Positions 1-10,033 of a stretch of DNA of 64,000 bases are shown one piece after another. The stretch is from an uncultured Spirochaetota bacterium. GTDB taxonomy: Bacteria > Spirochaetota > UBA4802 > UBA5550. The stretch spans positions 4,129,464 to 4,193,463 of the forward strand of contig OW818666.1 in the NCBI GenBank assembly GCA_942493035.1, given 5' to 3'. The notes beneath the pieces are model-generated. The model had not been told where the DNA came from, did no database searches, and saw nothing but the letters and a program-made list of their open reading frames with translations. A program made the position numbers and the translations under genes. Positions within the stretch are counted from its first letter, which is position 1. Each line of letters begins with the position of its first letter.

Positions 1-189
1 ATAACGACCCTCTGTTCCTGTGACAAGGATTCTGCTGTCTAAGGGAATTTCGTTGTTGTATATCAGTTTTTTTAAAGCGCTCTGGAAATCGCCTTCATGT
101 TCAATAACATTCTGAAGTAACAGTCTCTCACCATCCATTAAAACAATTTTAATGCTGGATGAGCCGATATTAATGCCTAAACTGTACAT
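1..189 (-). CDS. BadF/BadG/BcrA/BcrD-type ATPase (acyl-CoA dehydratase activase), N-terminal part; runs off the window start
   Basis: Not in the ORF track. GGAGG RBS then ATG at 189. Hand translation MYSLGINIGSSSIKIVLMDG...RILVTGTEGRY carries the ASKHA motifs LGIxxGSxxxK and VTGxxGR. Confidence 0.8.
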   Translation of the reverse strand, partial: MYSLGINIGSSSIKIVLMDGERLLLQNVIEHEGDFQSALKKLIYNNEIPLDSRILVTGTEGRY

Positions 190-419
190 CGTTTTTCCTC
201 CTGAAAAAATCAGATACATATTTCGAATAGTTTTATTAATGTCCAATCTTTTTTTAATACTAATAAGTGTGCTAAAATAATATACTATGCACTTTATCAG
301 TCACAAAGAACTGTTTATTTATTATACAAAGCAGATTCTTAATAATATGATGTTGGCATATCTGAGGGGAGTTGAAGATAACATAATTCCTCTGACCCTT
401 TTAAAGATTGAATTATTAT

Positions 420-536
420 CAGTAATTATTCCTGAATATAATTTTAAGTACAAAAAAAATTATATATCCCCGTCGCCTTCGGCGGCGGGTATAATAGAAC
501 CTTTTTTACTACAGATAAGTTAATGAATACATACTG
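420..536 (+). mobile_element. MITE copy 1 (117 bp)
   Basis: Ends CAGTAATTATTCC...GAATACATACTG; central CGCC-TTCG-GCG hairpin; direct repeat AATTATTAT at 411-419 and 537-545. Confidence 0.88.
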
Positions 537-830
537 AATTATTATATCTCTTTAATTCCCATACATAATAGAGTCAATATAATTATATCTAATATAAGTT
601 ATAACATCTTATCAATTTAAATGTTGCAATTATTAAGAAAATTTATTATAATATATTGTAATTATTTATATAAAAATGTAAATTTGAAGAAAGTAACAGT
701 AATAATCTTGAATTTTACCGGTTTTGATATTCCATTATATATCAGTTTGTATAGAGTTCCGATTTTTTTAACTTTTATAGCTGAAAAGCCACTTAAATTG
801 ATAATATTCTAAAAAAGTGAAAGGTGCTGG

Positions 831-2183
831 ATGTACAATATACTGCTCGTTGAAGATGATAGAATCACTTCAAAATTAATTCAAAAATATATTCTTGATA
901 TCGGTTATTATCTTGCCGGTGCTGTAGCTTCCGGAGAGGAAGCCGTAGCCATTATTAATGAAAAAGAACCTGATCTTGTACTAATGGATATAAATCTTGA
1001 AGGTAAACTTGATGGTATTGAATCTGCTAAAAGTATAAACAGCACAATATCTATACCATTTGTTTATATAACATCCTCATCTGATTATTCAACAATTGAA
1101 CGGGCAAAAGAGGGTAATGCATACGGTTATATAATCAAACCATTTAATAAAAAAGACCTTCGTGCGACAATAGAGATGGCTCTGCTAAGGCATCAGATGG
1201 AGAGTAAAGTAAAGGAGAATGAAAACCGCGTATCTACAATATTAAATTCAATTATTGATGCTGTAATTGTAGTAGATGAATCGGGTGATATAGATTATAT
1301 TAATGCTGCTGCAGGGAGAATGCTCAATCTTAATAAGGATGATATTCTTGGAAAACCTATAAATGAGACTGTCAGGCTGGGTAGTGATCCAAAAGAGGGT
1401 GAGAATGTTTTTTTCCCCATGTCTATGAACTATATTGAGTTTAATAATTATCTTACAGCGGGTGATAAACGGATCCCGGTTGATTTTACATCCACCCCGC
1501 TCCGTATGGGAAATGGTAAGCTGAACGGTGCGGTACTTGTTGTCCGTGATATAACTCAGCAGGTGGAGTATGACCGGCGAATTCAGGAGAGTATGGATAC
1601 TCTTACACGCGCGATGTATGGCACTATCGAGGCGATAACAAAAACAGTTGAAACACGGGATCCCTATACTGCCGGGCATCAGAAGAAAGTTGCAGATATA
1701 GCTAAAGAGATTGCCAAGGATATGGGCTTAAGCCGGGATGTTATCGAAAGTGTTAATCTTGCGGGACAGATACATGACCTGGGTAAGATAGCAATACCAT
1801 CAGAGATACTCAATAAACCGGGAAGAATTAATGAAATTGAGTTTGCCCTTATAAAAACTCATTCCGAAATGGGATATGAGATTATGAAGAATATAGATTT
1901 TCCATGGCCCATTGCGGATATAGTTCTTCAGCACCATGAAAAAATTGACGGATCAGGTTATCCCCGCGGTCTTAAAGGGGATGAGATTTTAATTCAGGCC
2001 AGAATAATTTCTGTAGCTGATGTTCTTGAAGCGATGGCATCACACCGGCCATACAGAGCTGCTCTTGGTATAGATGCAGCTTTTGCCGAGCTTCAGAAAA
2101 ATGCAGGGACTCATTTTGAACCTGAAATTGTCGAGTCATGTATTCGGATTTTTAAAGAGAAGGGTTTTACTATTAAATTTTAA
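831..2183 (+). CDS. Response regulator REC-PAS-HD-GYP; probable c-di-GMP phosphodiesterase
   Basis: REC (LLVEDD, LMDINL, YIIKPF), PAS-like middle, HDLGK, HHEKIDGSGYPRGL, RPY. Confidence 0.92.
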   Translation: MYNILLVEDDRITSKLIQKYILDIGYYLAGAVASGEEAVAIINEKEPDLVLMDINLEGKLDGIESAKSINSTISIPFVYITSSSDYSTIERAKEGNAYGYIIKPFNKKDLRATIEMALLRHQMESKVKENENRVSTILNSIIDAVIVVDESGDIDYINAAAGRMLNLNKDDILGKPINETVRLGSDPKEGENVFFPMSMNYIEFNNYLTAGDKRIPVDFTSTPLRMGNGKLNGAVLVVRDITQQVEYDRRIQESMDTLTRAMYGTIEAITKTVETRDPYTAGHQKKVADIAKEIAKDMGLSRDVIESVNLAGQIHDLGKIAIPSEILNKPGRINEIEFALIKTHSEMGYEIMKNIDFPWPIADIVLQHHEKIDGSGYPRGLKGDEILIQARIISVADVLEAMASHRPYRAALGIDAAFAELQKNAGTHFEPEIVESCIRIFKEKGFTIKF

Positions 2184-2441
2184 AAAATTCAACTCTGGTA
2201 ATTTTTTAAAAATAGCGGAGTATGTTCTCTTCATCGGCTTGGCTTCCCTTGAAACAGAAAACTAATCTTTATCTGCATTGAAAAATATTTCCTTAAACCA
2301 TTATGGAATAATCATCTCTTTTTTTATTCATTTGAAACAATTTATTTACAAAAAAGATTTCCTTTACTCTTAATAGCTATCGGATAACTTTCGCCGTTCA
2401 GCGAATGTAATCTGTCGGTTTAATGGAGCGAACAGAGTAAA

Positions 2442-4676
2442 ATGAAAACAAGTTTTAAACGGGTAAAAATAAAAGTAAAAGGGATAGTCCAGGGCGTAGG
2501 CTTCCGTCCCGCTATGGCTAAACAGGCTCTCTTAATGAGGCTTACAGGGAAAGTCTGCAACACCAGAGATTCCGTAGAAATTGAGATTCAGGGTGATATA
2601 GAGACTGTTCAGCAGTACATCGACCTGTTTGATAGTTTTGTCCCTGAAAATGCAGTTATATCTTTTTTCTCGACAGAGGAGATTCCGTGGGTTCCAGACG
2701 GAAAGACATTCAGTATAATTGAAAGCAGAGAATCGGGGCCGACGAGATTCAGTATCCCTCCCGATATAGCAATGTGCGGCAGATGCCGTGATGAGTTTTA
2801 TGATACTCAAAACAGAAGATATCTCTATCCGTTTATAACCTGCGGCAACTGCGGCCCGCGGTACACCTACATGAAAGATATGCCATATGACAGGGCAAAG
2901 ACATCTATGTCTGCTTTCCCATTCTGTCAGGAATGTGCAGATGAATATAATAATCCTGAAGACCGGCGTTATCATATAGAGGGATTTTCATGTCATGTAT
3001 GTGGTCCTGCCGTGTCCGGTTTTGAAGAGACTATAGCTGCATTACTTGATGGTAAAGTTGCTGCTGTTAAAGGTCTTGGGGGATATAATATTGTCTGCTC
3101 TGCAGTAGATTATAATGCGGTGCAGAGACTTCGAGATAGAAAGCGCAGGCCTGGTAAACCATTTGCAATAATGTTCAGATCTTTAGAAACAGCCCGTCAG
3201 TATGTAAACATTGCTCCTGAAGAGGAGAGACTTCTGACATCAAAGGTGTCCCCCATAGTTGTAGTCAGAAAGAGGGAGCATTCGGCGATTGCGGAGAATA
3301 TTGCTCCGGATAACGGATATCTGGGGATAATGATTCCATATACTCCGCTTCACCAGCTAATTCTTGACCGGGCGGATATACCTTTGGTTATGACAAGCGC
3401 AAATATATCGGGAGATCCATTGATAATAAACGATGATAAAGCTTTATCGGAACTTGCAGATATAGCCGATGTTTTTTTAACGCATAACAGAGAGATATAT
3501 AAGAGAGCTGACGATTCTATTTCGTTTATATCCGGCGGAAAAGAGATAAGTATAAGGATGGGGAGAGGTAGAATGCCCTATCCTGTAAAACTCCCTGAAG
3601 AGAGCAGAAATAAAATCCTCGCTGTGGGAGCTGAGCTGAAGAGTAATATCTCTGTTGTATCAGATGATAATCTTGTAACCAGCAATCATATTGGAGACCT
3701 GGGTACACCGGAGACATTTTCGCACTTTCTGGAAACAATTCTTGAAATATCGGATTTTTATGATATAAAACCTGATGTGGTAATTGCTGACCTTCACCCC
3801 GATTACGAGTCAACATCCTTTGCCCGGGAATTTTCAGATAAATACAATATCCGGCTTATGCAGGTTCAACATCATTATGCACATTTTCTTTCATGTTATT
3901 TTGAAAACGGTTTAAACGGCAAAGCGGTTGGGATAATTTTTGACGGTACAGGTTATGGAACTGACGGCACCATCTGGGGCGGAGAAATTTTTACAGGAGA
4001 TCTGCATTCATTCAGCAGGGTCGGCAGACTCGCTCCTTTTCCCCTGCCCGGCGGAGAGAGAGCAATTCGTGAACCATGGCGAATCCTCTCGGGACTTCTC
4101 GATGAAGAAGATTTTTTTAACTGCTGTTCCTGGGTGGATAAAAGTGTTCTTGATAATGTACTGCAGATTTCAGCAAACAGAAATTTTTCACCCTTAACTT
4201 CAAGTGCCGGCAGACTCTTTGATGCGGCCGGGTCGCTTCTAGGATTTAATAAAAATGTTTCATATGAAGCGGAGGCTGCAATCTATATGGAGATGCTTGC
4301 GCTGAGAAGCAGCAGTGATGAATATATCTCTGTCCCGATAACAGAAGAAAACGGTTTATTTGAATTCAACTCACCGGAACTGATTAAAGAGTTATACCGG
4401 AGAAAAAAATCGGGAGATAGTTTATACGATCTTGCAAAGATTTTTCACAATTCGCTGATTGAAGGAGCGGCTAATATAGCCGCAGAGGTCTGTTATAAAA
4501 ACGGAACTGATCAGGTAGTTTTAAGCGGAGGTGTTTTTCAGAACAGGATTATGCTTGATTTGGCCGAAAAAAAGCTTGCGTCTAAAGGGTTGAAAGTTTT
4601 TATTAACAGAAATATCCCTTCAAGCGATGCGGGGATTTCAGCCGGACAGGCAATTTACGGGGTTTACAATGCATGA
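2442..4676 (+). CDS. hypF: Carbamoyltransferase HypF
   Basis: GIVQGVGFRP acylphosphatase domain, two CxxC-x18-CxxC zinc fingers, DLHPDY, QHHYAH, FDGTGYG, DAGISAGQ. Confidence 0.97.
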   Translation: MKTSFKRVKIKVKGIVQGVGFRPAMAKQALLMRLTGKVCNTRDSVEIEIQGDIETVQQYIDLFDSFVPENAVISFFSTEEIPWVPDGKTFSIIESRESGPTRFSIPPDIAMCGRCRDEFYDTQNRRYLYPFITCGNCGPRYTYMKDMPYDRAKTSMSAFPFCQECADEYNNPEDRRYHIEGFSCHVCGPAVSGFEETIAALLDGKVAAVKGLGGYNIVCSAVDYNAVQRLRDRKRRPGKPFAIMFRSLETARQYVNIAPEEERLLTSKVSPIVVVRKREHSAIAENIAPDNGYLGIMIPYTPLHQLILDRADIPLVMTSANISGDPLIINDDKALSELADIADVFLTHNREIYKRADDSISFISGGKEISIRMGRGRMPYPVKLPEESRNKILAVGAELKSNISVVSDDNLVTSNHIGDLGTPETFSHFLETILEISDFYDIKPDVVIADLHPDYESTSFAREFSDKYNIRLMQVQHHYAHFLSCYFENGLNGKAVGIIFDGTGYGTDGTIWGGEIFTGDLHSFSRVGRLAPFPLPGGERAIREPWRILSGLLDEEDFFNCCSWVDKSVLDNVLQISANRNFSPLTSSAGRLFDAAGSLLGFNKNVSYEAEAAIYMEMLALRSSSDEYISVPITEENGLFEFNSPELIKELYRRKKSGDSLYDLAKIFHNSLIEGAANIAAEVCYKNGTDQVVLSGGVFQNRIMLDLAEKKLASKGLKVFINRNIPSSDAGISAGQAIYGVYNA

Positions 4677-5013
4677 ATTGAGTCTTGCAATGAGCGTGCG
4701 GGAGATTGTTGAAGATGCCGCTAAACAGAACGGTGCAAAAAAGGTTAATGAAGTAAATATAATTGTCGGAGAGTTTAGTTCAGTATCCTCCGATGCTCTT
4801 GAGTTTGCAATGGAAGTTGCTAAAAAGGGTTCTGTTTTTGAATTCGCTAAAATTAATATAAAATCTACAAAGACAATTCTTTCATGCAGTCAGTGCAATC
4901 AGGAGACAGTTATGGAAGACTACATTTTTAAATGCGGTGCCTGCGAATCCACATCAGTAAAGATTGTATCCGGCGATAGAATGTACGTTGACTCAATTGA
5001 TATAGAAAACTAG
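4669..5013 (+). CDS. hypA: Hydrogenase nickel metallochaperone HypA
   Basis: Start corrected to ATG 4669 (MHELSLA, conserved His2), overlapping the hypF stop; CSQC and CGAC zinc motifs. Confidence 0.95.
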   Translation: MHELSLAMSVREIVEDAAKQNGAKKVNEVNIIVGEFSSVSSDALEFAMEVAKKGSVFEFAKINIKSTKTILSCSQCNQETVMEDYIFKCGACESTSVKIVSGDRMYVDSIDIEN

Positions 5014-5023
5014 GAGAATTTTA

Positions 5024-5719
5024 ATGCATTACGTTGAACTTGAAAAAGATCTTCTTCATCAGAATGATAAACTTGCGGAAAACATAAAGAGTAATATGGA
5101 CGATCATCAGATATATGTTCTTAATATTATGAGTGCACCGGGTGCCGGTAAAACAAGTCTCCTTGAGGCGGTGCTCCCTGAACTTGCAAAGAAATACAGA
5201 ATAGCGGTAATTGAGGGAGATATTCAGGGCTCTGCCGATGCAGACCGACTCTCTAAACTGAATATAAATGTGCACCAGATAAACACGCACAGCCTGTGTC
5301 ATCTTGAAGCTGCTATGATTGAGCGGGCGCTTACAAACTTTGATCTTCACAAAATAGACTGTCTGATAATCGAAAATGTAGGGAACCTTGTCTGCCCGGC
5401 AGATTTTTTTCTCGGAGAGGATGAAGTAATAATGGTAGCATCAGTTTCCGAAGGACACGACAAGCCTCATAAATATCCTGTGATGTTCAGCAAGGCAGAT
5501 CTTATTGTTCTTAACAAAGTTGATATTTTAGATTCAACCAATTTCGATACAGATATTTTTTACAAACAGGTTCGTGAACTTAACAGAGATGCAGGAATAA
5601 TGGAAGTTTCAGCAACTAAAGGGACTAATGTTTCGAAACTGATTAATCACATTGAACATGGTATACAGCATAAAAAAGGGCACCATCATCATGATCACGG
5701 CGATCATCATCACCATTGA
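5024..5719 (+). CDS. hypB: Hydrogenase nickel GTPase HypB with C-terminal His tail
   Basis: SAPGAGKTS, IEGD, CHL, ENVGNLVCP, EGHDKPHKYP, NKVD; ends HKKGHHHHDHGDHHHH. Confidence 0.95.
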   Translation: MHYVELEKDLLHQNDKLAENIKSNMDDHQIYVLNIMSAPGAGKTSLLEAVLPELAKKYRIAVIEGDIQGSADADRLSKLNINVHQINTHSLCHLEAAMIERALTNFDLHKIDCLIIENVGNLVCPADFFLGEDEVIMVASVSEGHDKPHKYPVMFSKADLIVLNKVDILDSTNFDTDIFYKQVRELNRDAGIMEVSATKGTNVSKLINHIEHGIQHKKGHHHHDHGDHHHH

Positions 5720-5730
5720 TGGGCGCGTCG

Positions 5731-5770
5731 GGGTGTGTAGGGGTGAATGATTATTCACCCCTACACACCC
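5731..5770. repeat. Perfect palindrome containing a GTAG-type REP-like unit; probably also a bidirectional terminator
   Basis: 18-bp arms GGGTGTGTAGGGGTGAAT / ATTCACCCCTACACACCC around a GATT loop, between convergent genes. Confidence 0.8.
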
Positions 5771-6252
5771 GTACATGTTAATTCGTGAAACAGGATTTTT
5801 GTCCTGTTTCCGTCGGAATCGGTCTCTTCGTCGAAATATATCCAGCCTCTCTCTTTGTAATACTTTTCAAGCTGATTTAGAAATCTGATATCAATAAAAA
5901 GAAAAATCGCTTTGAAACCTTTATATGAGCAATACTGCAGAACAGTCTTTATAAGCTCATCTCCGATGCCCCTCTCTCTATACTCAGGTGAAACATACAG
6001 AGCTGATAGCCACGGTGAGAGTTCCTGTCTTCGCAGCATGTCGGTCTCTTTAATTGATACCATACCCACAGGGAGTTCACCCCAGAAGGCTACGAATGAG
6101 CATGGCAGGCTGTCCGGTTCGGCCCGTCGTCTGTATTCCTGAAGGACAAATTTAAATGGAACATTTCTTGTAAGGTACCAGTTGTTATATGACCAGTATG
6201 CGAGAATAGGGTATAATGTCTTTCTCTCATGAAGAGGATATATTTTCAGCAT
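5761..6252 (-). CDS. GNAT family N-acetyltransferase
   Basis: PWLSALYVSPEYRERGIGDELI acetyl-CoA binding motif; LEKYYKERGW. Confidence 0.88.
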   Translation of the reverse strand: MLKIYPLHERKTLYPILAYWSYNNWYLTRNVPFKFVLQEYRRRAEPDSLPCSFVAFWGELPVGMVSIKETDMLRRQELSPWLSALYVSPEYRERGIGDELIKTVLQYCSYKGFKAIFLFIDIRFLNQLEKYYKERGWIYFDEETDSDGNRTKILFHELTCTGV

Positions 6253-6543
6253 AGTTTTTCTTGTTTCATTATTTTTATTTTCTTAAAATGTTTTGTTGTA
6301 ATTGATCAAATACTGTGTGTAGTAATATTTCATATTTATAAGTTGCGACAGTATTATTTTTTATTTCTTTTTAATCAGATACGTTGTTAAAAGAATTGTC
6401 AAACAGAATATTGTATTTCTTAATAAGCTGCCTGCGGTAGTGATATAATTTAAGGGGTGTGTATGCTCAGCATACGCCTCTAAAAATTATTTGCGATCAG
6501 CTTATGAGCAGCTGCGGCTGTCAATCTAACTGGAGAAGGTCTA

Positions 6544-9138
6544 ATGAAAACATATGCTATTTTTTTTCAGTTAATTATTGTAGCTATGCTGTTAAATCCG
6601 CAGACACTTTTCTCTTCAATTCTTCTGCCGGAGGAAAATGATTCAGTTGCTCTTGCCGAAAAACTTTCACTGGAGTTAAAACAGAATCCTGACGGGGAAC
6701 ATATGCCGTTTTATATAAATCGACTTATGGAAATAGCCCCGGCCGTGGGGAGAAAGCAAATCTCAGCGGTGTTTAAAGATGTGGCTGCCAGGCTGAAATT
6801 AGAACCAGGAAAAGGTATCATTACCGGGCAGATTTTAAAATACTCAATCGATGAACTGGAAGGAACCAGTTCAGCAATTAACGAAAATTTCACTATCTTA
6901 AAGAGATGGAATATATCCGGTCCATGGAAGAGATATGGCAGACCCGATTATGAGTATAAATTTAATCCTGAACTGGTTTATAAAATTGAAGATATTGAGA
7001 AGGGTCGAAATTTCTCTACAGAAGAGAATGGGAAGTTATTTACCCTTGGAATAAATAATAGCGACGATAAAATTTTTTACGCAACATGCTCCTTCTTAAG
7101 TACTGGAGCTGTTATTCTGTGGATTACCGCTGATTCTGAATATAAGCTCATTATCAATGGCAAAGATATTCATAATAATAAGTCAGTTGGGAGACCTGTT
7201 GTACATGCTGTCAGGCTTAGCGGTGCCAGGGGTTATACTGTGCAGATGAAGATGTACAGCCCGGTTAGTGATAATCATCCTTACATTAAAGGGATGGTTA
7301 CAGATGAGCATCATAACAGGATTGAATTAAAATACAGTTCCGCAATCTATACATATAATTTTGAATCAGAGAATATATTCAATTCAGAAAAATCTGGAGA
7401 ATCTTTATCATCTGATGCTTCAGTCATAACAGATAAAATGAGTAGACACATCCTTAACGGTGATTTTGCTGAGGGATATAAACTTGGTCTTACTATAATA
7501 GATAAATACCCGTCATATTTTCCTGCATATAAGGTTTTTATTCCGCTACTTGATGTTATGAATAGAGAAACGGAGTTTAATCAGATTATGGATAAATATC
7601 TGAAACTCTTTCCATCATCAGATGTGCATTATAACTGGCTGGCTGATTTTTATATGACCAGAGACAGGGATAAGTTTACAGCTCTTGTCAGATCTATGCC
7701 GGTCAGATATTTTTCAAGAAATGCGTTTAAAACATACGTCTATCTGTTATGCGTAGAAAAAAAATATTCCGAAGCTGTTAACCTTTGTAAAACATTAAAA
7801 TCTGATCCGGTTTTCAATCAGATTATTCCGGAAATATTAAGAGCTTCAGGAGACAGCAATGCCTGGAGGAGGTCGCTCATCGATAGCGCTGCTGTCTTGG
7901 ATAATAACGGGCTATACTATTCGCTCGGCCTTGCAGAGAAGCAGCTCGGACTCGATCCTGTAATGTACTGGTCAAAAGGATTTTCGGTGGAGGATAATCC
8001 CGATTTGATGATGGATATCTCTGATATTTATGAAAATGGTATTATTCAGGGGAACGATTTTTATACAGGAAAGTATACCGATCTTCATCCTGAGTTCGGA
8101 TGGAACGGGAAAAAAAGGAAAATATCAATCCATCTTTTTGAATCGGGAAGAGTGGTGCTGGATGGGGAGGATATAATTCCTCCGGGTGAAAAAATCAGCA
8201 AAGAGAAATACTCTGAAGGTGGTATTGAATTCTCTTCGGGTGAGATTAAAACAGATATACCATCTGTAAGCGGGATCAGGGTTTTATACGTTTTAACAGC
8301 TAAGGATGGACTCCCCACTGCTGTTGATTTCGGATCGGCCCGTTCTGATAAAAACAGGCTTTATGTAAAATATAGATCCAGCGGTAAAGAGGAGTTCTCG
8401 GTTATTAAATATTCAGCGGAATATCTGAGTCGTGGTGAAGATGTATTCAGTTTTATTAAACAGCTTGTTTTAAAATCAGAAAATGAAAATGTCTCATGGC
8501 TTGAATATGAGGTTGTCTGTCATGGAAATTTTACCCCGGATATTCAGTATAATGGAAAACCGTTATCGCCGGGAAGATATAATGACGGGATTATCAGATT
8601 TGAGTCAAAGGAGAGATTGTCTAAAAATAATCTTAAAAATGCAGTTCTGGATATTCACAGATTTCCCGATGAAAAAACATTTGTTAAATGGTATAGCGGA
8701 GTGATAAAATATACGGAAAAATCTGCCGCCGGCATAAGTGTAATCCCCTCTGAAAATGAGAGTTTTGAAAGTATAATAAAAAATATTCATTTTAAAATCA
8801 TCTCCACCATCTCTAAAAGAGGAGTGATAAATTTCAGTCCAGGCGAAATGGAAAATATAATTAAAAATGGAGAGGGGACTGTTGAGGAGAGAACTCATCT
8901 TGCCAGAGGAATTCTTGAAAGAAGAGGAATAAAATCATTTATCGCGTTCAGTAAAAAAAGCTCAGGATTAATTAACAAAATACTGCTCTACGTTCCTGAA
9001 AATAGAGACAGAGGATACTGGCTTAATTTTTATGGTGAAGGTATTTCAGATAAGATGGAATCCGGATCTGATACTATTGTTATAACCGGAGAAGGCTATA
9101 ACACAATTCCGGTTAATCCTGAAACCTATATCAGGTAA
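6544..9138 (+). CDS. Large exported protein with TPR-like helical region and a C-terminal transglutaminase-like fold
   Basis: N-terminal signal peptide, WNISGPW, helical repeats, GTVEERTHLARGILERRGI in register with the transglutaminase core motif. Confidence 0.6.
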   Translation: MKTYAIFFQLIIVAMLLNPQTLFSSILLPEENDSVALAEKLSLELKQNPDGEHMPFYINRLMEIAPAVGRKQISAVFKDVAARLKLEPGKGIITGQILKYSIDELEGTSSAINENFTILKRWNISGPWKRYGRPDYEYKFNPELVYKIEDIEKGRNFSTEENGKLFTLGINNSDDKIFYATCSFLSTGAVILWITADSEYKLIINGKDIHNNKSVGRPVVHAVRLSGARGYTVQMKMYSPVSDNHPYIKGMVTDEHHNRIELKYSSAIYTYNFESENIFNSEKSGESLSSDASVITDKMSRHILNGDFAEGYKLGLTIIDKYPSYFPAYKVFIPLLDVMNRETEFNQIMDKYLKLFPSSDVHYNWLADFYMTRDRDKFTALVRSMPVRYFSRNAFKTYVYLLCVEKKYSEAVNLCKTLKSDPVFNQIIPEILRASGDSNAWRRSLIDSAAVLDNNGLYYSLGLAEKQLGLDPVMYWSKGFSVEDNPDLMMDISDIYENGIIQGNDFYTGKYTDLHPEFGWNGKKRKISIHLFESGRVVLDGEDIIPPGEKISKEKYSEGGIEFSSGEIKTDIPSVSGIRVLYVLTAKDGLPTAVDFGSARSDKNRLYVKYRSSGKEEFSVIKYSAEYLSRGEDVFSFIKQLVLKSENENVSWLEYEVVCHGNFTPDIQYNGKPLSPGRYNDGIIRFESKERLSKNNLKNAVLDIHRFPDEKTFVKWYSGVIKYTEKSAAGISVIPSENESFESIIKNIHFKIISTISKRGVINFSPGEMENIIKNGEGTVEERTHLARGILERRGIKSFIAFSKKSSGLINKILLYVPENRDRGYWLNFYGEGISDKMESGSDTIVITGEGYNTIPVNPETYIR

Positions 9139-9151
9139 GTTACCTGATATA
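9127..9151. terminator. Inverted repeat between convergent genes; likely terminator
   Basis: TATATCAGGTAA-G-TTACCTGATATA, 12-bp arms spanning the stop of the 864-aa gene. Confidence 0.5.
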
Positions 9152-9160
9152 TTCTATTCT

Positions 9161-9259
9161 TTACTTAGCTGCTAATTTCGCTTTCAGAGCTGCTTTTTGT
9201 CTCTTAATTCTTTTCTTTGCTCTCTTTCTTTTTATAACTGGCTTATACTGTTTTCCCAT
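9161..9259 (-). CDS. Small very basic protein (32 aa), function unknown
   Basis: Below the ORF-track cut-off. GGAGG RBS upstream of ATG 9259; MGKQYKPVIKRKRAKKRIKRQKAALKAKLAAK; a TTGACA lies further upstream. Confidence 0.75.
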   Translation of the reverse strand: MGKQYKPVIKRKRAKKRIKRQKAALKAKLAAK

Positions 9260-9429
9260 GTGAATCCTCCGGATTTTAGTTACTTTTTGCATAAGAAATA
9301 AATACACAGACTTTGTCAATAAGAATAGTTATATGAATTTAATTACTTTAGTAAGTACACTTAAGCTGGTATTAAAAATGATCGCTGCCGCGCCAAAGGC
9401 GCGGGGAGACAGAATGCCGCAGGAATTAC

Positions 9430-9744
9430 TTACTTTGTCTCGTTCCTTATCCATTTTAAAAAATCTTCGTTACCGTCAATAATCGGAACGGCTACTATGC
9501 ATGGGCAATCGTAGCTATGGAGAGTCTTAACATTCTCTATAAGTTCGCTGACAAGAGCCTTTTTGGTTTTAGCTATCATGATTACCTCTTCACCGGTTTC
9601 GATTTTTCCCTCCCAGTGATAGATCGATTTCATGTTATTTATTATATTGACGCATGCTGCAAGCTTTCGTGATACAAGGTTCCGTCCTATTATTTCAGCC
9701 TCCTCCATGGAGCTTGTTGTTATGTATACCATACATTCTGTCAT
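9430..9744 (-). CDS. cutA: Divalent-cation tolerance protein CutA
   Basis: VYITT, LVSRKLAACVNI, SIYHWEGKIE, LHSYDCPCI. Confidence 0.95.
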   Translation of the reverse strand: MTECMVYITTSSMEEAEIIGRNLVSRKLAACVNIINNMKSIYHWEGKIETGEEVIMIAKTKKALVSELIENVKTLHSYDCPCIVAVPIIDGNEDFLKWIRNETK

Positions 9745-10033
9745 TTTTTACCTCTTTAAGTTTATAGGGCTCGCCAATCTATGCCGATATAGCAGATGAG
9801 TACTAATTATTATTATAACGGTTAGTATATGTCATTTCAAAAAAATATCGTTTAATGCAGTTATTTTTTAGAGGCATAGCGCTAAGAATCCGCACATCTG
9901 AAACAATTGCGGCAGTGTAGTTTAGTTCAGGAAATATAATTTTTATTTGATTTAATGTGAATGAATTGAAATGCTTGGTAATCGGAGATTTATCTCCGTA
10001 AATTCTCTTAATCCGGCATTCATGGGGGTAATT

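Noticed and set aside
287-523. 78-aa ORF
   Set aside because: Runs across MITE copy 1 in AT-rich intergenic DNA; no RBS or motif.
621-812. 63-aa ORF
   Set aside because: Low-complexity AT-rich sequence overlapping the putative decayed MITE.
6461-6475. Palindrome GTATGCT-C-AGCATAC after a TATAAT
   Set aside because: Single short instance; could be an operator but there is no corroboration.
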